NCBI GenBank assembly: GCA_048357495.1
Contig: DBGCEW010000022.1
Span: 1-38,699 of the forward strand
DNA length: 38,699 nucleotides
DNA from: Frisingicoccus sp.
GTDB lineage: Bacteria > Bacillota > Clostridia > Lachnospirales > Lachnospiraceae
Direction of reading: 5' to 3'
Part shown: one piece after another, positions 28,124-37,569 of the stretch
How the letters are laid out: each line of letters begins with the position of its first letter
Position numbering within the stretch: position 1 is the stretch's first letter
Position numbers and translations under genes: made by a program
Notes under the pieces: model-generated
What the model was told of the DNA's origin: nothing
Seen by the model: only the letters and a program-made list of their open reading frames with translations
Database searches by the model: none

Positions 28124-29269
28124 ATGCCTAAACGTAAGAAATACCCAAAACTTCCCAATGGATACGGGAGTATTAAATATCTGGGTAAAGGCCGGCGCAA
28201 TCCCTACGCTGTGCACCCACCGACAACAGAATTCACCCTGGACGGCGTACCGATCACACCCAAGGCCCCGTGTTATGTCGATGACTGGATGAAAGGATTT
28301 GCAGTCCTCACGGCATACAAGGCCGGGACTTATACTCCAGGAATGGAAAAAGACCTGATGGCAGCCATTGATCCGGACAGTGCCGATATTGTTCAGAAGA
28401 TACTGGCAGACTATTCTCTGATCCGAGGTGCGGAACCGACACAAAACGGAAAAACCTTTAAGCAGGTCTATGAAGAGTACCGAGACTACAAATTTAACCG
28501 GGATAAATCCAAGGTCTATTCCCCTTCCACCAAAAACGGGGAACGTATCGCATTTAACAACTGCCGCACACTTCATGACAAACCTTTCCGATTGCTCCGG
28601 CATGACGATCTGCAGAATGTTCTTGACTGCTGCCCTCTCGGACATAGCAGCTTAAAGCAAATAGTGAACCTGTTAAAACAAATGTATGCCTACGCTGAAA
28701 TATATGACCTCTCTGACCGGGATTATTCAGCACATATAAAGATTAATCAACCAAACGATGAAAAACACGGCGAAGCATTTACAGACGCTGATTTAGCCAA
28801 ATTGTGGCAGCACAAAGAAGAACCGACTGCCGAAATGCTGCTGATCATGTGCTATTCCGGTTTCAGAATACAGGCTTATAAAACACTGTCTGTGAATATG
28901 AAAGGCGGATTCTTCCAAGGCGGCCTGAAAACTGCTGCCGGAAAAGACCGGATTGTCCCAATCCATTCAGCAATCCTGCCGCTGGTAAAGAAAAGACTCC
29001 AGCGTGACGGCTCTATCCTTGCCATGACCGCCAATAATTTCCGTTACCACATGCGAGCCACATTAGCAGCCCTGGACATTGAAAAGCATACGCCCCATGA
29101 CTGCAGGCACACATTCTCAGCACTTTGTGAGCGGTATGGTGTGAATGAGAATGACCGCCGCCGGATGCTTGGACATTCCTTCGGTTCCGACATAACCAAT
29201 GGAACCTACGGCCACAGGTCCGTTAAAGACTTAAGGCATGAAATTGAAAAGATAAAAGTGTGTTACTAA
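28124..29269 (+). CDS. int: Tyrosine recombinase/phage-type integrase
   Basis: Arm-binding N-terminus KLPNGYGSI; catalytic SGFR, LKT, HDCRH, LGH and GTY. Confidence 0.93.
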   Translation: MPKRKKYPKLPNGYGSIKYLGKGRRNPYAVHPPTTEFTLDGVPITPKAPCYVDDWMKGFAVLTAYKAGTYTPGMEKDLMAAIDPDSADIVQKILADYSLIRGAEPTQNGKTFKQVYEEYRDYKFNRDKSKVYSPSTKNGERIAFNNCRTLHDKPFRLLRHDDLQNVLDCCPLGHSSLKQIVNLLKQMYAYAEIYDLSDRDYSAHIKINQPNDEKHGEAFTDADLAKLWQHKEEPTAEMLLIMCYSGFRIQAYKTLSVNMKGGFFQGGLKTAAGKDRIVPIHSAILPLVKKRLQRDGSILAMTANNFRYHMRATLAALDIEKHTPHDCRHTFSALCERYGVNENDRRRMLGHSFGSDITNGTYGHRSVKDLRHEIEKIKVCY

Positions 29270-29283
29270 TTTGTTACTAACCG
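29261..29283 (+). repeat. Tandem TGTTACTAA integrase arm-type sites
   Basis: 29261-29269 and 29272-29280, with the same 11-bp period as TGTTGCTAA/TGTTACTAA at 23296-23315; TGTTACTAACCG is identical at both ends. Confidence 0.65.
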
Positions 29284-29407
29284 GACCGGGTTATCCTGAT
29301 TTTTTGACACTTCAACTCAACCATAAAAAGCCGTCGTTTTCCTTGTAAATCCAAGGTTTTCGGCGGTTTTTCCTTTATCTGTCGGATTTCCCTAAAACAT
29401 CAAAAAA

Positions 29408-29486
29408 ATAATTGAATTTCATTGACAATAGCTGAGAAAGCCGCGTAAATAATAGGCTCTTTACTTTCGGTTGTTGCTAACCTGTT
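29408..29486 (+). repeat. Right direct repeat (att)
   Basis: 78/79 identical to 23232-23310. Confidence 0.93.
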
Positions 29487-30095
29487 CCTGTTGTAATATA
29501 ACATAGTTGTAACAGCTCGACCTAATTTTCCTCTCCGCAAAATACTTTTACACATTATCTCGTCAAAGTATTTTGTGCAAAGAAAAAGCAACCGTTATCT
29601 TTTTATTTATTGTGATAACGGCTGCTTTATAAGTTATCTGGTTCAACCATACCTTTGTTCCTTTCTTATTATAAATCGATATCTACCTCATATCAACTAT
29701 AATATGTTTTTCCCATATTCAATTATTAAATCAATTATTTATAAAATAATATCTTAAATCATTCACTATTTTTATTTTTATCGGAGTATTCTTTTTCCAA
29801 TCAATCTCTTTGCTTCAACTGTTTCATTTGTTCTTACAATAAATGGATGATTATATATAATCGATGATCCCTTCCAGCTTATCTCCGACTTCTTTATCAA
29901 TATACTGATATGTATCTGGACTATTTAAATCAACTTACACTTAACTTACTATACTTTTAAGGTGTTCAACAACCCATAAATAAAATTTTTATTATCTACA
30001 GACCATTTACTTTAAGTATTAAAATCTTCTCTCGCAAAGAATATAATCATTCAAAATATTGAGCATCTGTTATTTCAATGGAATCACCTCCGTGA
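29487..30095 (-). pseudogene. Highly decayed AT-rich gene remnant of unknown family
   Basis: RBS-like GGAGGTGA near 30090 and only short open stretches (e.g. ...KYFDEIMCKSILRRGKLG...) broken by stops and frameshifts. Confidence 0.35.
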
Positions 30096-30317
30096 ATTTT
30101 ATTTTTCGAAGTTTTCTTTGTTTATGTCTATATTATAATCACGGTCTTTCATTTTGTCAATACATTTTTTAAATTTTTTTAATTTTATTTCTCTTCAATC
30201 TTTTAATATCATTCTTATCTGCTTATCTCTTGATAATAGTTGAATTTTCAGTCAATTCCAATTCAAACAGCCCTGTCAGTTGGTTGATAAAAACCTTAAA
30301 GCAGCCCGCTAAAAAGC

Positions 30318-30371
30318 CCGGAAGTTGGTTGAAGAAAGCTTTCCCGCAGCTTTTCTTTAACCAACTTCCGG
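30318..30371 (-). terminator. Long hairpin immediately after the jetC-like gene
   Basis: CCGGAAGTTGGTT...AACCAACTTCCGG (13-bp perfect outer stem plus an imperfect inner stem). Confidence 0.65.
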
Positions 30372-30378
30372 ATGTCCT

Positions 30379-33300
30379 TTAAATAAAATCAAACACTTCC
30401 TGTTCAAATTCCAGTTTCTCATATTCCATCGATGCGATGTCTACATTCGAACTGTAGTCCACGATGACCGTCTGTTCCATTTTGTCAATCATTTTCTGTC
30501 CGAGAATATAATTCACATCAAACTTTCCGGTTATGGCCGGAGTTGCACCACGGGTAGGCACAATGAGCTGAACCTGATTCGTCCGAAGCAATTCAAAAAT
30601 CGGCTGCCAAATGTAAATATCCTTTGCCGCACCAAAGGGGTTATCAATAAAAATCACTTTCTTTAAATCCGCCCCGTCACCGCCGCCGGAATAAACCATT
30701 GAAATATAATTAATAACACCGATTAAAAATTGGATATAGATTCCCTGAGACTGTCCGGTGCTTCCGACAGCTTCCTCATATTTCAGATACCGGCTCTGCT
30801 CTTTGACCCGCTCCCGCTTATACAGTTTCAGGCGAATACTGTTGACATCGGTAACGATGACAGAAAACAGCCGCTTCCATGAAAGCTGCTGACGTATATA
30901 AGCCACCCGTTCCTCAGGGCTGCTGTAAGCATCCGTCCTTGCCACAATGGCATCGATGTATTCGGACATGCGCTGACTGTACATCTCCTCTTTAACATAA
31001 GGAATTTTCAGCATAACCATTGGTATCTGACGACCATCCAGCATAATTTTTGAATAGGCCGGAAAACGCTCAAGCTCGGCCCGGATGCTCAAGCAGCGCT
31101 GAAGACACTGTTTTTCAAAATTTTCTTTAATCTGCACCATATCCTGAATTGTTTTTTCAATCCGTTCCTTCTCCAGACGAACAATGGCTATCGTTTCGGT
31201 CAACTGCTGAATCATCACTGACGCATCCTCAAAATTCTCTGGCATAACGGCTTCTCCGCGCATAGCCTCTGCTAATTCAACCGCCGATATCCGGTGCAGA
31301 TCTTCCGCAGCTTTTATCCGGTCTTTTTCGTAGCCTTCCCGTTTCCGCTGAAGTTCCGTCCGCAGACGTGCATACTTTTCATTCAGCTCCCGGTGCTTTT
31401 TACGAATATCCAGATCCATTCCATAGGTATCCTTCGTCCGGTTAAACAAAATATTCTCGTTTCGTATTGTTCTTTCCAAATCCCTTTTCACATCATCCCA
31501 GGCCCGCAGTTCCTTCCAGGTATTTTCAATGCCTTCCTCTGCCCTGGATTTTTTTTCAAGGACATCCTCTAAAGCCTTTCTCTGCTGAACCTCAAAAGTA
31601 TTGTAATCTCCGTGATGAAGACTGACCTGTTCAAAGGTGCCATATTTCTCTTCAATCGAATGAATCCCCTGGGCAACGCTGCCGAAAAGTTTGTTTTTAT
31701 TTTCCTGATATTGAAACAGTGTTGCTTCCCGCATTTCAATATCCGCTTTTAATTGAACCAGCTCCTGCTCTATTTTTTCGATATCCGCTGCCGATTTCCG
31801 GACTAAACGATGTTCTTTCGCCATTGTTTCCAACAGCGTCAAATCCGTTCCCCGTTTTTCAATCATTTCAAGGGCCTTATCCATCATTTGCCGATAACTT
31901 TCCATCAGACGTTTTTTATCTTCCAGATTGGAATGTTCTTTTTCATAAGCTTCCTTCAGGCCCCTGAAGCGGGCATCAGCATCCTCTGCGGCCATTTCCG
32001 TTTCTTCGGTTTCACCTTCGGAATAATAAGCTTCGTACAGATTTTTCCATTCCGTATCCATTTTTAAAAGCTGTTCCTGCAATGCTTTTTTCTGGTCAAG
32101 AAGCTGCTGCTGTATATTCTCCGCTCTATCAAATTTTTCCTGAGCTTCCCGCTGCTGCCTCTTATTCTTGTCCAGTGCCTCTCCAAGCTGCTGAACTTTA
32201 CGCTGTATTTCTTTTAACCTTTCATCCAGAGACTGCATTTCCTCCAGTATTTCCAGCTCTTCATCCCTGACATCTATTTCAGTCTGTAAGCTTTCCAGAG
32301 CCTGTTTATTATTTTCTATATTTTCCCGGCAAACCCGGAGTTTTTCATCCTCTGTGGCAATTTTTTCCCGGACAGCTTCCAGTTCAGAAACAATCTCCCC
32401 CCGGCGGGCTGAACGTTTTGCATAATGTTTTCCATAGTCCAATTCCACGCTCCTGATATAATGCCTGTCAGCCTCAATTGTTCTTTCCCGGTCTTCCAGC
32501 CGTTCCAGTCCTTTCCCAGCCTCTTCAAGAAACTTTTCAATCTGCCGGCATGTATTTTCCCTGGTTTCTTCATTGAAAAAAAGGTCCGGATCTTTAGAAA
32601 GAAACAGTACGTTTTCCCCGGAAAGGACTTCTTTCTGTTCCAGAACCTGATTCAGACTGATTACCGGAACAACGCCATCTCCGAAATCCTTTTCAAGAAG
32701 CACCCGGTCTTCCCTCAGACCGGTCATGCCGCTTTCCAGAATAACCGCCTCCGGCAGAAAAGGAATCCGTTCCAGCAAAATTCTGCGGTCATAATCACTG
32801 ACTTCCTTCAAATAGTCCCCGCCAAAAACACATTTCAGCCCGTGACACCGACGGATATACTCTACCACGGCCTCCAGCGCCGGATTCATAACTGTCGGAA
32901 TACCCTGACGCAGCTTCTCAAGCTTTTTCTCAAATTTTTTTATTTCCTGACGTCTTAACTCCCCTTCTAAAACGACCTTTCGAAATTGTTCGTTAACTGC
33001 TGCCGTCAAAGCCTCTTCCTTCTGCACATGATAAACCTCCAGAAGTCTTTTCAGCTTCTCTTTTTCAATTGCATATCCCTCTAAAAAGGATTTCAGTTCC
33101 TCTTCTTCCAACAGCAGATCTTTCTGAATTCCAAAGCTCTCATCCAAACATTTTGAGATTTCCTCTGCTTCCTGCTCAAGAAACTGCGTCCGCTCTCTCC
33201 ATCCTTTCATCTTCAGTGTATTTTCCATTTGCCGGCGTTTTTTCTCCCGCAGCATTTTTCCGATATCTTCAAGAATCAGCACCGGAACCTTGCAGCATAA

Positions 33301-34773
33301 ACCGCCAAGCCTGTCCGAGACTTCCTTTTCTCTGGCAGCAGCTTCTTCTGCCTGACTCGCAAGAACCGCTCCCTCGCTGAAAAGCTGCCGTTCTGCTTCA
33401 CGGGCAGCATCCCTTTCAGCTTCTGTTTCCTCCAGAGCTTTATTCACCATTTCCCTTTTTCCTTCAAGGGCTTTTTGTTCCGTCTGCATAAATTTAAAAT
33501 GCAGCCGCGCCAACATCTGAAGCTCCTTTAATACACCCTCATCCGCTTTGCCGTCCTGTGCAAGAAATTCCCTGACAGCTTCCCACTGGCTCCGGACCTT
33601 CAGATAATCATCATAATCATTTCCGCTTTCCGCAAAACTCAATGCCTGTCTCCGGGTTTCCCACATTTCTTTCATCCGGCTGAGCTCTGCAGCATATTTT
33701 TCGGTATCCGCCTCAAGACATTGAAGATGTTCCTGATTCTCCTGTATTTTTACAGTCTCCAGCTTTCTGGAAATTTCCCGGATATGTTTCTGGGCAAACT
33801 CTTTTTCCTTTTGAAATACTGCCAGAGCTTTTTCTTTTATATGATTTACGGCAACAATCGTGTGATAGGTTTTTACCATATCTGTATCCAGCGCTTCTTT
33901 TTCTTTATAGACATTTTTCAGTAATGCCACCCGTCCGGAAAAGCTTTCCAGAATTTCTGCCTGACGGTCATAATCCCCCATCTCTTTTTTCCGGTCCGCC
34001 AGCTCCGTCAGTTTATCCTTGATCCGGACAAGGGTATCTGCCATATCCCCCTCCTGTCCCCGTTCCTGTTGAAAGGCCTTCTGAATAATTTCTTCAATCA
34101 ATAAGTCTTCCACCACTTTCCGGGTTGTCCGATAACGGGTTTCAAAATACGTACGCACATGGCCCTCGGTCTTATTGATTCCCCTGAGGATTTCCCAGTG
34201 GCTCTCATAAAGCCCATACTGGCTGATAAACCGCTGATACGCTCCTTTACGGTCAAAAACATGCACTTCAAGGCCCATATCCCGGCGTCCGAGTTCCTTC
34301 AGATAGGTTTTCAGTCCGGTGTATGTCATCCGTTCCCTGCCATCCGACAGAGGAAGATTCACAATATCATTGTCATTATAGCCCCGGTAAAAAACCACAT
34401 AATTAAAATATTCTACCGCTGCGGTTTCCCGAAGTTCTTCCCGTGCCTTCCGGGCGCAAAATCCGGTGAGCATATATTTATACTGATCACGGATAAAACG
34501 GTCATCCAATTTCCACTCAATCAGTGAATGGATCGTTTTGCTGCCCGCGTCGGTGCGAAACAGTTTTTCGATTGGCTGCTTATCGTCCAGGGTACAGTTT
34601 GGTATAAGGTTCTGGAACAGTAAAAGCATCAGAACACTTTTCCCGCCGCCATTTGCCAGGTCATAAAGGGCATTTTTCCCATCAAAACGCAGAATAAAAT
34701 CATCATAAAACTGGGTTCCGAAATTATATTTTACATTATTAACCCGAATCCGATTAATATGAGGCATCTTCAT
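30379..34773 (-). CDS. SMC-like ATPase, JetC/MksB-like
   Basis: Walker A LANGGGKS, ~1000-aa coiled coil, signature STGQSQG and Walker B VIFIDNPFG. Confidence 0.85.
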   Translation of the reverse strand: MKMPHINRIRVNNVKYNFGTQFYDDFILRFDGKNALYDLANGGGKSVLMLLLFQNLIPNCTLDDKQPIEKLFRTDAGSKTIHSLIEWKLDDRFIRDQYKYMLTGFCARKAREELRETAAVEYFNYVVFYRGYNDNDIVNLPLSDGRERMTYTGLKTYLKELGRRDMGLEVHVFDRKGAYQRFISQYGLYESHWEILRGINKTEGHVRTYFETRYRTTRKVVEDLLIEEIIQKAFQQERGQEGDMADTLVRIKDKLTELADRKKEMGDYDRQAEILESFSGRVALLKNVYKEKEALDTDMVKTYHTIVAVNHIKEKALAVFQKEKEFAQKHIREISRKLETVKIQENQEHLQCLEADTEKYAAELSRMKEMWETRRQALSFAESGNDYDDYLKVRSQWEAVREFLAQDGKADEGVLKELQMLARLHFKFMQTEQKALEGKREMVNKALEETEAERDAAREAERQLFSEGAVLASQAEEAAAREKEVSDRLGGLCCKVPVLILEDIGKMLREKKRRQMENTLKMKGWRERTQFLEQEAEEISKCLDESFGIQKDLLLEEEELKSFLEGYAIEKEKLKRLLEVYHVQKEEALTAAVNEQFRKVVLEGELRRQEIKKFEKKLEKLRQGIPTVMNPALEAVVEYIRRCHGLKCVFGGDYLKEVSDYDRRILLERIPFLPEAVILESGMTGLREDRVLLEKDFGDGVVPVISLNQVLEQKEVLSGENVLFLSKDPDLFFNEETRENTCRQIEKFLEEAGKGLERLEDRERTIEADRHYIRSVELDYGKHYAKRSARRGEIVSELEAVREKIATEDEKLRVCRENIENNKQALESLQTEIDVRDEELEILEEMQSLDERLKEIQRKVQQLGEALDKNKRQQREAQEKFDRAENIQQQLLDQKKALQEQLLKMDTEWKNLYEAYYSEGETEETEMAAEDADARFRGLKEAYEKEHSNLEDKKRLMESYRQMMDKALEMIEKRGTDLTLLETMAKEHRLVRKSAADIEKIEQELVQLKADIEMREATLFQYQENKNKLFGSVAQGIHSIEEKYGTFEQVSLHHGDYNTFEVQQRKALEDVLEKKSRAEEGIENTWKELRAWDDVKRDLERTIRNENILFNRTKDTYGMDLDIRKKHRELNEKYARLRTELQRKREGYEKDRIKAAEDLHRISAVELAEAMRGEAVMPENFEDASVMIQQLTETIAIVRLEKERIEKTIQDMVQIKENFEKQCLQRCLSIRAELERFPAYSKIMLDGRQIPMVMLKIPYVKEEMYSQRMSEYIDAIVARTDAYSSPEERVAYIRQQLSWKRLFSVIVTDVNSIRLKLYKRERVKEQSRYLKYEEAVGSTGQSQGIYIQFLIGVINYISMVYSGGGDGADLKKVIFIDNPFGAAKDIYIWQPIFELLRTNQVQLIVPTRGATPAITGKFDVNYILGQKMIDKMEQTVIVDYSSNVDIASMEYEKLEFEQEVFDFI

Positions 34774-35473
34774 CCCCTCCTGTCACTATAGTATACAGCC
34801 GACCCCGGTTTTCCTCATAATAGTTTTCCGCCAACGCCCGGAATCTCGGCTTAATATAATAACGTCCGTGATTCTCAAAAAACAAATCCTGGGAAATAAG
34901 GAAATTAAAAACCAGTTTCACAAATCCGGTCTTTGACCCACGGGCTGCCTTTAGCGCCGCCATATCTTCATTTACCGGAATAAGGGGCATGTCCTCCCAA
35001 AGAGCTGCCAGCGTCTGGAAGCTGTTTTCTTCCACCCGGTTCAGCGCCTGACTCTGCAGTGCCTTCAATGCCTTTTGCATAGAGCTTTCTGTCTGGGTGA
35101 TCACATCTTCACTCCGCACATAATCCGTATATAAAAAGCTTGACGAATCCTGATAAAAAAGCAATATAATATTGTAAATAATAAAATAGGCCAGATAAAG
35201 TTCACGGTTCAGACGCAGCCCAATAGCTTTTTTCAGTTCATCGTTTGTAAAGCCAAAAATCCGGTTTCCGTCTCCTGCCGTAACATAGAGCCCGTTTCCA
35301 AACTCATACAGACTTAAATTAGATTTTTTCAAAACAGACATAAGAATATCATAGACCTCACTGTTGTTCCGATAATCTTCATACAAATCAATATTCTCCT
35401 CACTGCTGATTGCTTCTCCCACAATCAGTCTGGTAAATATTTCCATAGCCTTATCCAGATTTCTGTGGTCCAT
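34754..35473 (-). CDS. JetB/MksE-like KITE subunit (DUF6063-like)
   Basis: 239 aa, overlapping both neighbours; FGFTNDELK and YF motifs, position and size fit a KITE subunit. Confidence 0.7.
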   Translation of the reverse strand: MDHRNLDKAMEIFTRLIVGEAISSEENIDLYEDYRNNSEVYDILMSVLKKSNLSLYEFGNGLYVTAGDGNRIFGFTNDELKKAIGLRLNRELYLAYFIIYNIILLFYQDSSSFLYTDYVRSEDVITQTESSMQKALKALQSQALNRVEENSFQTLAALWEDMPLIPVNEDMAALKAARGSKTGFVKLVFNFLISQDLFFENHGRYYIKPRFRALAENYYEENRGRLYTIVTGGDEDASY

Positions 35474-36996
35474 TACATTCCCTGCCTTTCAAAACGTATA
35501 TTGGTCAAATATCCGCCGGAACCGGTATGAATACTTTCCTCCGAAAGGAATTCCAGCGTAAATTTTAAATCTTCATATTCCTTTTTCCGGTCTCTGCCAA
35601 CCAGTTCTGCCATCATTTCCTCCAGAAACGTATCCGGATTGTCACGAATCTCTCCCAGATTGTACATAGATTTCTGACTCAGGTGGGCCAGAAAGGAGTA
35701 ATAATCCCCATTCTTCAAAATATTCTCCGTAAATTTCATGATATAAAGGCTGTGAAGCTCCTTTAGTTCCACCGACCGCTTATGAATCAGTGTATCAAAA
35801 AGAGTCTGCAACATCAACATATAGTTATGACGTATCCGTTCCTCTTCAATCTCGTCCTCGAAAATATAAGTTTCCTCTTCGCCGGCAGAAACGGCTTCGC
35901 CTTCTTCCGCACCTTCCGCCTGGCAGGTCAGCAGATCTTCCAGTCTGCCAAGCTGAAACCTTTTCCTGATTTTGAGACCAAGAAGCGGCGCTGCCATCGC
36001 TTCCAGCACACGGATATCATCCTCCTCCATAGCCGTTCGGAGCAGATCTGAAAAATTCAGGCTCCGGCGGAAACGGCTACGCTTCGCCTTCAGCATCAAT
36101 TCATCCGCCTGAACCTGCAGCTCTGTACATGCCGCCAGCAGGGCCTCATGACGGTCCATAGATTTTTTCAGTTCCTGATTCAGATAATAAATTTCTTCCA
36201 CCACCCGGTGTCTGGAATTTTCCTCCCGTGCCTGAATCATAGCCTTTTTTACCAAATCCAGATTTTCGTCAAAGAGTTTCTGTTCTTCCTGAAACCATTT
36301 CAGTCCTTTTTCCGAAAATGCCTCCAGGGCTTTCATTCCTTCAAAAATATTGTGGCTGAGCAGCGTCACGATTTCCCCCTGCTGCATGATCAAGCGGGTA
36401 ACTTCACTGTTAATGCGGCGGATAACCTCCACGCCGCCTCTGAAGTTCTTGGACCGGATCATTTTCTCGAGAAGAATCTGCTGAATGCTTATCTTACTTT
36501 CATCCTTCGTTTCCTTTGTATCCAGATAAAAAGCAATGCCGTCGGAAGAAATCTGATAAACAATCTCTCCATCCCGGTAACTGCTCTCGATCAGCCGCGT
36601 ACGCCCCACCTTCATTGACCGACTCTTCGGCTCGAAGTAGTCAAAGGCAAACGGCCGTCCCTCATTGGTAATTTTATCGAAAATATACTGCACCAGCTCT
36701 CTGATTTCTTCCGGCTGCCCTTCCAGATTAAAATCTCTGTACAGAAGCCTGCTTAAAAAATCTTCATACTGGCTGTAAGTCACCGCCATATCATTAAAAT
36801 TATTCTCTTCAATAAAAAACCGGAGGACTGACATGGTCACATAGCCCATATCAATCCCCTCGTAACGGCCTTCTTTAAACTGGCTCAGCGAATGATCACA
36901 CAATCTGAAGAAGGGATAATACCTTTTCAGATTGACCATTCGTTCCTCATGCTCATCAATGATATCGTGGATTAAAATATGAGATCCTGCCTTCAT
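35473..36996 (-). CDS. JetA/MksF-like kleisin subunit
   Basis: About 507 aa; ATG 36996 after AAGGAGG; position before KITE and SMC; ISIQQILLEK..SKNF motif. Confidence 0.65.
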   Translation of the reverse strand: MKAGSHILIHDIIDEHEERMVNLKRYYPFFRLCDHSLSQFKEGRYEGIDMGYVTMSVLRFFIEENNFNDMAVTYSQYEDFLSRLLYRDFNLEGQPEEIRELVQYIFDKITNEGRPFAFDYFEPKSRSMKVGRTRLIESSYRDGEIVYQISSDGIAFYLDTKETKDESKISIQQILLEKMIRSKNFRGGVEVIRRINSEVTRLIMQQGEIVTLLSHNIFEGMKALEAFSEKGLKWFQEEQKLFDENLDLVKKAMIQAREENSRHRVVEEIYYLNQELKKSMDRHEALLAACTELQVQADELMLKAKRSRFRRSLNFSDLLRTAMEEDDIRVLEAMAAPLLGLKIRKRFQLGRLEDLLTCQAEGAEEGEAVSAGEEETYIFEDEIEEERIRHNYMLMLQTLFDTLIHKRSVELKELHSLYIMKFTENILKNGDYYSFLAHLSQKSMYNLGEIRDNPDTFLEEMMAELVGRDRKKEYEDLKFTLEFLSEESIHTGSGGYLTNIRFERQGM

Positions 36997-37013
36997 GGAA
37001 GTCCTCCTTAAAC

Positions 37014-37550
37014 TCAATAAACATATTTACGGAAAATTTCAGTCAGCTCCCCTTCCTGCGGCGCTTCATACCGGATAAAACAGCTTTTGCCTTTAAAAGG
37101 CTTTGTCCGGTTCAGATAAATCTGAAATCTGTTATCCGGCATTCTGTCAACAGAAACGATATCCTCCCACGGCACATAGCCATAATCATGTACAAGGATA
37201 CCATTGGAAAAAAAGCGGGTCGGACTGACTGTACGTATCGCCAGGAAAATTAACAAGCCCACAACCAGAATGATCGCGCCAATTAATACGGACCGATAAC
37301 TTTCCGGCATATTTTCTCCCGGATTGCTATACTCCATAATCAACCGGATAACAACAACAATGCCTACAATCAGAATAAATCCAAGAAGCATCCACTCTTT
37401 TTGGGGCTGCTTCACTGAGGAAAGCTTCTCGCCGTAAGATTCCTCCACATGAACGGCCCTCCAGATCTGTGTAACAAAGAAAATCAGGAAACCAACCGCT
37501 GCCAGTATAAATGCCCCGCTATGGGCCAGTTGATCAATTATTGCATTCAT
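37014..37550 (-). CDS. Membrane protein (3 TM) with PH-like C-terminal domain (DUF5673-like)
   Basis: Three hydrophobic segments then NGILV...VPWEDI; RBS AAGGAG. Confidence 0.65.
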   Translation of the reverse strand: MNAIIDQLAHSGAFILAAVGFLIFFVTQIWRAVHVEESYGEKLSSVKQPQKEWMLLGFILIVGIVVVIRLIMEYSNPGENMPESYRSVLIGAIILVVGLLIFLAIRTVSPTRFFSNGILVHDYGYVPWEDIVSVDRMPDNRFQIYLNRTKPFKGKSCFIRYEAPQEGELTEIFRKYVY

Positions 37551-37569
37551 TTTAATATCTCTCCTTTAT

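Larger units (their letters stand above)
23232..29486. mobile_element. Integrated tyrosine-recombinase element (degenerate phage-satellite/IME-like island, ~6.2 kb)
   Basis: 79-bp direct repeats at both ends, integrase next to the right end, XRE repressor remnant, type I TA modules and visibly AT-richer segments. Confidence 0.88.

Noticed and set aside
28043..28645. 200-aa minus-strand ORF
   Set aside because: Antisense to the integrase, with no recognisable motif or RBS.
29400..29757. ORFs 29400..29591 and 29575..29757 as real genes, or as a decayed jetD
   Set aside because: They run across the att repeat or have implausible composition. I could not recognise a Toprim/JetD motif, and a hairpin separates them from jetC; a tblastn with JetD would settle it.
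31294..36618. Numerous plus-strand ORFs opposite the jetABC-like genes (likewise opposite tad, glgB and pgi)
   Set aside because: Antisense shadows of long coding genes, with no motifs or RBS.
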